Part shown: positions 1-7,080 of the stretch, in pieces
Layout: the number at the start of each line of letters is the position of its first letter
How positions within the stretch are numbered: position 1 is the stretch's first letter
NCBI GenBank assembly: GCA_044225365.1
Contig: JBGAIQ010000073.1
Span: 1 to 25,165, forward strand
DNA length: 25,165 nucleotides
Direction: 5' to 3'
From: Planctomycetota bacterium
GTDB lineage: Bacteria > Planctomycetota > B15-G4 > JADJEK01
The notes under the pieces: generated by a model
What the model was told of the DNA's origin: nothing
Databases searched by the model: none
What the model saw: the letters and a program-made list of their open reading frames with translations, nothing else
Translations under genes and position numbers: made by a program

Positions 1-1
1 G

Positions 2-1444
2 CGCGACGGCGAGACCGAGTTCGATCCGTCGCGGCGCGTGCCCTTCGCGATCGAACCCGGCGCGATGCGCCACGTCGCGATCGAGATGCGACATCCCGAA
101 TGGACGGGCCGCATCCATCGATTGCGCGTCGTTCTCGGCAACGATACGGCCGGGAGCTCGGTCGTCCTGCAGGCCTTGTTCACGCAATACGACACGCGAC
201 ACGACGTGAACAACGCGGACTTCTTGATCGGCTGCTGCGACGACTTCGTGTGGACGGGCGACGTCGACTTCCTGACGCTCGGGATCGAGCGCATGCGCCG
301 CGCGCTCGAGTACCTGCTGACGCGACAAGGAGTGCTCTCGGAGCACGTCGTGCGTTGCGACTGGATCGGCCACGACGGCCGCAGCGGTCTCTCGCTCGGC
401 AAGGACGGGAAGCAGTTGCGTTCGGGCGTCGGCGTCGGAGGCAACTACTGGGACCTGTTGCCGTTCGGATGGGACGATCTCTACGCCACCAACTACGCGC
501 ACTCGGCGCTCGTGAAGTTGGCCGCGCTCGAACGAGCGATCGCCGCGCATCCCGAGTGGAAGCTGAAGCCGCCGGTACGCACTGCGGATGAACTCGAGAA
601 GATCGCAACCGCGATGGCGAAGGAGGCCGATCGCCGCTTCTGGGACGAGAAGACCGGCCGCTTCGTCGGGTGCATCGACGTCGACGGCACGCCTCACGAC
701 TACGGCTTCACGTTCGTCGATCTCGAGGCGATCTCGTCCGGCATCGCGAGCGACGCGCATGCCCGCTCGATCCTCGATTGGATCGATGGCGAGCGAGAAG
801 TCCCGGGCGACACCTCGGTCGGGAAGGACATCTACGCCTTCCGCTTCGGTCCGCGCTCGACGACGAAGCGGAACATCGAGTGGTACGGCTGGTTCTGGAG
901 CGGTCCCGAGACGATTCCGTTCGGCGGGCAGGTCCAGGACGGCGGCGCCGTGCTCGGCTTCAGCTACTTCGATCTGATGGCGCGGCTGCGAATCCGCGGC
1001 GCCGACGACGCTTGGAAGCGATTCGAGGCGATCCTCTCGTGGAGCGACGACATCGAGAAGGCCGGCGGCTACCGCGAGTACTACGAGCAGCATCCCGTGA
1101 GCACCCTGCAAGGCTGCGGTAAGGCCGGCGGCCTCGGGATCGACTGCGAGTTCTTCGAGAGCGCGATGGTTCCGCACTTCGCGATCGACGGGATCCTCGG
1201 GTTCCATCCCCAGGCGGACCTCTCGCTCGCGATCGACCCCCATCTGCCGAGCACCTTGGATGCGTTCGAGATCGACGGCATCCACTGGCGCGACTTCGTC
1301 CTCGACGTGAAGGCGACGAAGGAGACCGTCGAGATTCGCGTCACCGAAGGGCCGCGCATGAACTGCGCGATTCGGATCGACGGCCGGAAGCCATCCGTGT
1401 TCGAACTCGGGGCCCGAGCGCACGTCGTCCTCGAGCGCCGCTGA
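2..1444 (+). CDS. Glycoside hydrolase-like protein with an (alpha/alpha)6-barrel catalytic domain, 5'-partial
   Basis: The frame is open from position 2 (RDGETEFDPSRRVPF...), so the gene starts before the window. Motifs GGNYWDLLPFGWDDLYATNY..AL..LA.LE and RRFWDEKTGRF, plus a C-terminal GILGF.P....L.IDP.LP beta region, resemble six-hairpin glycosidases (GH116/GH78/GH63/GH65-like). Exact family not assignable. Confidence 0.6.
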   Translation, partial: RDGETEFDPSRRVPFAIEPGAMRHVAIEMRHPEWTGRIHRLRVVLGNDTAGSSVVLQALFTQYDTRHDVNNADFLIGCCDDFVWTGDVDFLTLGIERMRRALEYLLTRQGVLSEHVVRCDWIGHDGRSGLSLGKDGKQLRSGVGVGGNYWDLLPFGWDDLYATNYAHSALVKLAALERAIAAHPEWKLKPPVRTADELEKIATAMAKEADRRFWDEKTGRFVGCIDVDGTPHDYGFTFVDLEAISSGIASDAHARSILDWIDGEREVPGDTSVGKDIYAFRFGPRSTTKRNIEWYGWFWSGPETIPFGGQVQDGGAVLGFSYFDLMARLRIRGADDAWKRFEAILSWSDDIEKAGGYREYYEQHPVSTLQGCGKAGGLGIDCEFFESAMVPHFAIDGILGFHPQADLSLAIDPHLPSTLDAFEIDGIHWRDFVLDVKATKETVEIRVTEGPRMNCAIRIDGRKPSVFELGARAHVVLERR

Positions 1445-1455
1445 AATCACGGACA

Positions 1456-1464
1456 TGGTATCGT
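1456..1464 (+). promoter_or_regulatory. Putative extended -10 promoter (TGgTATCGT) for the DinB gene
   Basis: TGn followed by TATCGT, about 32 nt upstream of ATG 1497, in a short intergenic gap. Confidence 0.3.
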
Positions 1465-1496
1465 GCGGCGGTTGAAACGCTGAACGCGGAGCCGGC

Positions 1497-2030
1497 ATGA
1501 CCATGGGAACGAATTGGAATCGCGAAGAGATCGTCACCCGCCTCGCGAGTCAGCTCGAGAGGCTGCTCGCACACGCGAGCGCGCCCGCGGCCGAGCTGGA
1601 ACGGACCTATGGTCCCGGCAAGTGGTCGGCGCGCCAGGTGCTCGCGCACGTCGCCGACGTCGAATTCATCAACTACTGGCGATTCTGCCGCGCGGTCGCG
1701 GAGCCCGGCTCGAGCGTCGAGGCGTTCGAAGAGAATGACTGGGAGAAGACGTTCGACTATGCGAAGCGTCCCGTCGAGATCAGCCGCGAGCTGATCCGCG
1801 GCCCCCGCCTCGCGTTCCTCCACGCGGCGAAGACGTTGCCGGACGCCGTACTCGCCAACGCCTGCCTGCATCCGCAGAAGGGCCAGATGAGCGGGCACGC
1901 GTGGCTCGCGCTGCAGGTCGCGCACACCGAGCACCACCTCGGGCAGATCGAAGCCGCGCGCGAGCAGCGGAAGTGGGAGCCCGTGCTGACCGCGGACTCG
2001 TGGAAGTACGGAGCGAAGCCGAAGACCTGA
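1497..2030 (+). CDS. DinB/YfiT-like metal-dependent protein (DinB_2 family; putative thiol S-transferase)
   Basis: 177 aa with GKWSARQVLAHVADVE and HTEHHLGQI, the three-His metal triad of the DinB superfamily. Confidence 0.85.
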   Translation: MTMGTNWNREEIVTRLASQLERLLAHASAPAAELERTYGPGKWSARQVLAHVADVEFINYWRFCRAVAEPGSSVEAFEENDWEKTFDYAKRPVEISRELIRGPRLAFLHAAKTLPDAVLANACLHPQKGQMSGHAWLALQVAHTEHHLGQIEAAREQRKWEPVLTADSWKYGAKPKT

Positions 2031-2038
2031 AGCGAGCC

Positions 2039-3325
2039 TCAGGTCTCGGGGACGACGCCGACGACGACGTGACGATCGATCGTGACGTCTCCGGGCTCGG
2101 CGGTGATCACGATCTCGAACGGGCGCGCGACATCGAAGCGGGACGGCAGGAGGAATCGCCCGGACTTCGATTCGATCGAGAAGTCCTCGCCGCCCGCGGC
2201 GGATTTCTGAACGAGCCGGATCGACGATCCCGGGGCGACGTAGGCGCCGACGAGCACGATCGACGGCCGCCCGCGGTTCGATAGGGGCGCAGTCAAGGGC
2301 TTCGACGGCTTGGATTCCGCCGCGCCGCGTGTGGGCGCCGGCGTCCCTTCCTCGAAGCTCTCCGCGAGAGCGATGTCGATCGGCAGCCGGATCGTTCGCC
2401 GTGCGTTGCACCTGAACTGGATGTGCGTGTCGTTCGGCTTCGTGTCGAGTCCCGGAACCGGCGGCTCGATGACGGCTCGCGGAACGACGATCTCGCGCCG
2501 CGTCAGCATCAACCCGGCGACATCGAAATCCTGCCCATCGGTCGCTGCATTCAGGAAGTCGAGGATGCCCGCGAGGTACGTCATCATCGCGGTGAACTCA
2601 TCGCCGTCGTAGAGCGGCTGCGGGGCGGCGACGTGGATCGCGAATCCCGCGCGTGCGAGCGCCTTCGCCTCGACTTCGTCGAGCGCGTCCTTGGGATCGA
2701 TCTTGTCGACTGCGAACTCTCCTGGCCCGAACATCGATGGGTCGCTCTTCTCGACGTCGTGGAGCTCGAACCCGAGGCCGGACGCGGCGTCGTAGCCATC
2801 GATCGTCGCTTCCATTCCCGCTCCCGCGAAATGGACGTTCCGCGCGAGCTTCAGCCCGTAGGCGGCAAACGCATCGGAGGCCAGATCCCTTGCGAGCTTC
2901 ACGTCGAAGATCCCGCTGTACGAGTTGCCGTAGCAGATCGGGATCCTTGCGATCCAGCGGGCCGATCCCTCCTTCGTCTCAGCGGCGGTCGCTCGCCGGA
3001 ACGTGGAATTCGCGAACCAATATCCGCCGGCTTCCTTCGCGCTCATCGATTCCAAGAGGGTGAGGATGCGGGCCTCGAGGTCGGGCGGGGCCGCGGGTCG
3101 CGCGGGATTCGAGGGCGGCTTCGGCGTCAGTTCCTCGGGCTCGCACGCAGCGAGCGAGAACGCCACGCTCGCGAGCGCGGCAGCGCGCGACAGCCGACCC
3201 GGCATGCGGCGCGCGACGAGCTCGCGAAACTCTTCGGGCGTGAGACTGCGCGGGTACCGCGGCTCGTAGCGCGTGGGGACTCTCGGCAGCGAGAAGGACC
3301 GGGCGTATCCGCGGGGAATCGTCAT
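2039..3325 (-). CDS. Hypothetical lipoprotein, partner of the radical SAM/SPASM enzyme (428 aa)
   Basis: ATG at 3325 has GAGGAGG 7 nt upstream and overlaps the native rSAM stop (ATGA). A 40-aa N-terminal extension (…YEPRYPRSL…) precedes a hydrophobic stretch and lipobox LAA-C61, then a Pro-rich linker. The body contains IPICYGNSYSG and IDGYD…GFE. Confidence 0.7.
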   Translation of the reverse strand: MTIPRGYARSFSLPRVPTRYEPRYPRSLTPEEFRELVARRMPGRLSRAAALASVAFSLAACEPEELTPKPPSNPARPAAPPDLEARILTLLESMSAKEAGGYWFANSTFRRATAAETKEGSARWIARIPICYGNSYSGIFDVKLARDLASDAFAAYGLKLARNVHFAGAGMEATIDGYDAASGLGFELHDVEKSDPSMFGPGEFAVDKIDPKDALDEVEAKALARAGFAIHVAAPQPLYDGDEFTAMMTYLAGILDFLNAATDGQDFDVAGLMLTRREIVVPRAVIEPPVPGLDTKPNDTHIQFRCNARRTIRLPIDIALAESFEEGTPAPTRGAAESKPSKPLTAPLSNRGRPSIVLVGAYVAPGSSIRLVQKSAAGGEDFSIESKSGRFLLPSRFDVARPFEIVITAEPGDVTIDRHVVVGVVPET

Positions 3326-4523
3326 TGGAGAACCTCCTCGATCCAATCCTCGAGCGCCGACATCGCGTGATGCGCGGGGTTGTATTGGCGGTCGATGAAC
3401 GTGCGGTCGCGTTTCTTCCATAGGGCTTCCCCCATTCGGTCGGCGGCGAGCGTGACGAGCTTCTCGTGTCGCGTTTCTTCCATAGGGCTTCCCCCATTCG
3501 GTCGGCGGCGAGCGTGACGAGCTTCTCGTGAGCGCAGACCAGTTCGTCGACCTCGCGCAGCTTGCCCGTCAGGCGATGATTGAGGCAGGCGCAGGCCGTC
3601 GCGCAGCGGGTTCGAATTCCGCACGACCCGCATTCGTCCTTGCGGACGCCGTTGAAGTGGTCGGCGACCTCGCGCTTCGCGGCGGCATCGAAGCCCTGCG
3701 CGAGATCGCCGATGCGGAATCGCGGGTCGTTCAGGAACTCCACGCAGGGATAGAGCACGCCGTCGGGATCGACGGCGAACTGGCGGACGCCCGCGGCGCA
3801 GTTGTGCTTCCGCCCCGCTCCTCGCTGCGTGTGCGCTGCGATCTTGCCGTCGAACGGCGCGAGGTAGAACTTCACGCCCTTGCGCGTCCATCGCACGTAG
3901 CGGCGGGCGAGAGCGCGATACTGCTTCCCGAGAACGGCGAGCGTTTCGTCGGTCCAGTCGCCGCCGAAATCGAGCCCCGTGATGAGCACCCGACTGCCCT
4001 GCTCGAACAGCCAGTCGACCGAGCGCGCGAAGTGGCGGGCGTTCTGCGGAGTGACGACCTGATAGGAGCAGAACGGGACCTTCTTGCGGACGAGCGTTCG
4101 AAGCGCGCGCGTCGCTTCGAACGAGGTCGGCGCGCCTTGCTTCGTCGGTCGTCCGAGATCCTGTGCGTCGGGAATCCCGTCGATCGAGAGCGAGATGAAC
4201 AGGCCGTGCTCGCGCGCGAAGTCGGCAAGAGCGTCATCGAGGAGGACGCCGTTCGTGGAGACCTTCGCCGTCACGAGGACGCCGCGGGCCTCCCCCATCG
4301 CGCGCAGCTTGGGGAGCGTCGCTTCGATCGTGCGGCGGTTGAGCAAGGGCTCACCGCCGAAGTAAGAGACGGCGATGTGCTGCTGACCCTGTTCGATCGC
4401 GAAGCCGACGGCCGCGAGCGCGACCTCGGGTGTCATGCCGGCGTCGGGGCGATGGCGCGCGAGTTGGTAGCAGTAGCGACAGGCCAGATTGCAGTCGCGA
4501 GTCAGTTGGAGGATGACTTCCAT
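3322..4523 (-). CDS. Radical SAM/SPASM-domain protein (anSME/AslB-like), frameshifted near the C-terminus by a 62-bp duplication
   Basis: CNLACRYC (CxxxCxxC), YFGGEPLL, STNG, SIDG, and SPASM cysteines (NCAAG…LYPC…ECGSC…RCATACAC…VC). Removing one duplicate copy gives a 379-aa protein ending …DWIEEVLQ at TGA 3322. As sequenced it reads through to 2979 (514 aa). Confidence 0.88.
3407..3530. repeat. Exact 62-bp tandem duplication (2 copies) inside the rSAM gene
   Basis: tcgcgtttcttccatagggcttcccccattcggtcggcggcgagcgtgacgagcttctcgtg occurs at 3407-3468 and 3469-3530. Confidence 0.97.
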
Positions 4524-4753
4524 GGCGCGCTCTCATTGCATTTTCGCGTTTGGCGCATTTGGCAAGCAATTCGCGCTGAGCGGAGCAGATCGCGGTGAGA
4601 TCGACGATCCCGAGACAACCTATCTTGGGGTCTACTCCCGGAAACTTCGCAAATCGAACGCGAGGATTCGCCGGGGGGTTCGACCGAACGACCTAGAATT
4701 CACGGTTCGATCCCACGAGACGACGACATCGACGAGGATTTCCGAGGATTTCC

Positions 4754-5755
4754 ATGAGCACCCAGCCTCGAAACGACACGAACAACACGTGCTGCGGGCC
4801 CGATTGCTGCCCGCCCGAACCGCGCGATGAAGCGGGCGTTGCCTCGGCGCAGGCGGCGCGGGAGCAGATTCGACAGGGCTACGCCGAGATCGCGAAGACG
4901 GGTCGTTGGTCCGGCGTCCAGGGTGAACCGTTGGTAGAGGTCGGCGCGAGTCTTCCCGTGGTCGAACCCGAAGGCGGGAAGGCGAACGCGGAATCCTGCG
5001 CGGGCGGGGGATGCTGCGGGCCGACCACGATCTCACCGGAACAGGTCGCCGCTGCGCTCGGGTACTCGACCCAGCAGCTAGCGAGCCTTCCGAGCGGCGC
5101 GAACCTCGGCTTGTCGTGCGGCAATCCCACCGAACTCGCGAGTCTGCGAGAGGGCGAGCGCGTCCTCGATCTCGGTTCGGGCGGCGGGCTCGATTGCTTC
5201 CTCGCGGGCCGCGCCGTCGGGGCGACCGGGCACGTCATCGGCGTCGACATGACGCCCGAGATGGTCGCGCGCGCACGGAAGAACCTCGCGACGTATCGGA
5301 CCAGCACGGGACTCAGCAACATCGATTTCCGACTCGGCGAGATCGAACATCTCCCCGTGGCGAACGACAGCATCGACGTCGTACTGTCCAACTGCGTCCT
5401 GAACCTCTCGACCGAGAAGCAACAGGTGTGGCGCGAGATCGCGCGCGTGCTCGCACCGGGCGGGCGCGTCGCCGTATCGGACATCGCGTTGTTCCAACCG
5501 CTGCCGGATGCGGTCCGATCGATGGTCGAAGCACTCGTCGGTTGCGTCGCGGGCGCTGCGCTCGTTTCGGAGATCGAGCAGTCGATGCGCGTCGCGGGGC
5601 TCGTCGACATCGTCCTGACCCCGAAGCCCGATTACGTCGCCGCGATGTCGAACGCCGACGATCCGTTGTTCCGCCGCATCCTCGAGCTTCTCCCGCCCGG
5701 CTCCCGCGTTTCGGACTACGTCACCAGCCTCGACATCCGCGCCAGAAAGTCATGA
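4754..5755 (+). CDS. arsM: Arsenite S-adenosylmethionine methyltransferase
   Basis: ANLGLSCGNP, SAM-binding VLDLGSGGGLDCF, GVDMTPEM, LGEIEHLP, SNCVLNLS and GCVAGA. GAGG RBS upstream; Cys-rich N-terminus. Confidence 0.92.
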   Translation: MSTQPRNDTNNTCCGPDCCPPEPRDEAGVASAQAAREQIRQGYAEIAKTGRWSGVQGEPLVEVGASLPVVEPEGGKANAESCAGGGCCGPTTISPEQVAAALGYSTQQLASLPSGANLGLSCGNPTELASLREGERVLDLGSGGGLDCFLAGRAVGATGHVIGVDMTPEMVARARKNLATYRTSTGLSNIDFRLGEIEHLPVANDSIDVVLSNCVLNLSTEKQQVWREIARVLAPGGRVAVSDIALFQPLPDAVRSMVEALVGCVAGAALVSEIEQSMRVAGLVDIVLTPKPDYVAAMSNADDPLFRRILELLPPGSRVSDYVTSLDIRARKS

Positions 5756-5757
5756 GT

Positions 5758-5835
5758 GGCGGACACGGATCGCAGCCGCCGCCGCCGATTTGCGCCGGCG
5801 GACACGGATCGCAGCCGCCGCCGCCGATTTGCTCC
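5758..5835 (+). repeat. REP-like family A, left array (2 copies, 39-bp period)
   Basis: GGCGGACACGGATCGCAGCCGCCGCCGCCGATTTGC starts at 5758 and 5797, between the convergent arsM and secreted-protein genes. Imperfect GGCGG…CCGCC hairpin. Confidence 0.9.
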
Positions 5836-5840
5836 GATGA

Positions 5841-6779
5841 CTATTCGATCGTGAGGAGCAAGCCGCCGGTCGCTGAGAATCCAAGGGGAGCGCCCGGGTC
5901 TACGACGAACGATTGGAGAACGACGGATCCGATGGGCGCATTCGTCGGTATTTGCGCCGTCCATTGAAACCCGCCGGCGGCGTCGAGCGGTAGCCCTAGG
6001 AGGGGCGGGAGGATCGGGGACAGCAGGTAGGAGCAACCACCGCCGACGGGAACGTTCGCGGGCGAGAGTCCTCCGAAGAGGATGGCGGTCGCGCCGGGCA
6101 CGCCATTCGCGATCTGAAGAGTGAAGGGACAACCCCCCGCTGCGCACTCGCTGCCCACGAGTGAGGGCACCATTCCACCCGTTCCGGGACAGCCAGAGCC
6201 GTAGGAAACCGTCGGAGACGCCGTCGCGGTCGAGGCGAAGAGATCGTCGAACACGAACGAGTTCAGTCCGGCGTTGGGAACGGTGAGGACCACCTTCTTG
6301 ATCTTCGAGCAGGAGACGACGCTCAGCGTTCCGAAGATGCCGGTGGTGATGGTGGAGGTATCGAGGAGGACTCCGCCTTGGTCGAAGGCCTGCATCGTGA
6401 ACGTGAAGGGGTGGAACAAGCCCGACGCATGGATCGATACGAACGACATCGGAACGTCGAACGTGATCGTCTCCGGTGCGACGAACTCCCCCGCAACGGC
6501 GCTGAACGCCAGGAAGTTGTGGCCGCTGAGGGCATCCATCGTGAACGTGGAATCGTTCAGGATCGCCCCGCCCTGTTCAGCGGCAGGACCCGCAAAATGG
6601 ACCCCGAGCGGTGCGTACAGGTTGGTCAAAGGGCTGGCGCTGTCGAACAGCGCAGGAGCCGATATCGGCTGGTTGATCGCCTTCTTGTCGAAGTCGATGT
6701 GGATGTCGGTGGCACGCGCGGATGCTGTTGCGACGCAAAGTGCGATGAAGAGGTTGGACGTCGTTCTCTGAGACGTCAT
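5841..6779 (-). CDS. Secreted hypothetical protein: signal peptide, beta-rich domain, ~120-aa conserved-type C-terminal domain
   Basis: ATG 6779 with a GAGG RBS; signal peptide MTSQRTTSNLFIALCVATASARA. The N-domain (IDFD…LTNLYAPLGVHF…FVFDDL) resembles the beta-sandwich passenger domains of surface proteins. The C-terminus runs YGSGCPG…LQSFVVDPGAP…LLLTIE. Confidence 0.8.
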   Translation of the reverse strand: MTSQRTTSNLFIALCVATASARATDIHIDFDKKAINQPISAPALFDSASPLTNLYAPLGVHFAGPAAEQGGAILNDSTFTMDALSGHNFLAFSAVAGEFVAPETITFDVPMSFVSIHASGLFHPFTFTMQAFDQGGVLLDTSTITTGIFGTLSVVSCSKIKKVVLTVPNAGLNSFVFDDLFASTATASPTVSYGSGCPGTGGMVPSLVGSECAAGGCPFTLQIANGVPGATAILFGGLSPANVPVGGGCSYLLSPILPPLLGLPLDAAGGFQWTAQIPTNAPIGSVVLQSFVVDPGAPLGFSATGGLLLTIE

Positions 6780-6862
6780 GAGAGACCTCGGGGAGAGATG
6801 CGCGCCGGGCTGCATCCGATGCTACACCGCTTCCCCCCGTCGAATTAGACGACTCGCCGTTC

Positions 6863-7066
6863 CGGCGGCGGCGGCTGCGATCCGTGTCCGCCGAATTGCA
6901 CGTTGATTCGGCGGCGGCGGCTGCGATCCGTGTCCGCCGAATTGCACGCTGATTCGGCGGCGGCGGCTGCGATCCGTGTCCGCCGAATTGCACGCTGATT
7001 CGGCGGCGGCGGCTGCGATCCGTAACCGCCGAAATCGGCGGCGGTGGACGCGGTCCGTGTCCGCCG
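6863..7066 (-). repeat. REP-like family A, right array (4 copies at 46-bp period plus 1 degenerate copy), inverted relative to 5758-5835
   Basis: CGGCGGCGGCGGCTGCGATCCGTGTCCGCCG starts at 6863, 6909, 6955 and 7001 (variant), with a degenerate copy at 7036. Linkers AATTGCACGYTGATT are near-identical. The core is the reverse complement of the left-array core. Confidence 0.93.
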
Positions 7067-7080
7067 GGTCGCGGGGGTTT

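Noticed and set aside
2899-2945. YG motif suggesting a PlpX-type splicease substrate
   Set aside because: A YG dipeptide is common, and the enzyme looks AslB/anSME-like rather than splicease-like. Not supportable without a phylogeny.
2979-3468. 514-aa rSAM with a novel Arg-rich C-terminal domain, and the 460-aa version of the partner starting at 3421
   Set aside because: The rSAM tail results from the 62-bp duplication frameshift. The partner's RBS and ATGA coupling point to 3325.
4524-4753. Short RiPP precursor peptide upstream of the rSAM
   Set aside because: No small ORF with an RBS and precursor-like composition. The region looks like a divergent promoter gap.
5716-6147. Repeat-encoded peptides (GGHGSQPPPP / ANRRRRLRSVS) in small ORFs at the family A arrays
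   Set aside because: These are translations of non-coding repeats, lack RBS support, and overlap real genes.
6863-7066. Possible CRISPR array (31-bp repeats at regular spacing)
   Set aside because: The intervening 15-bp segments are near-identical rather than unique spacers and are too short. No cas genes or leader are present. It is a tandem REP-like repeat.
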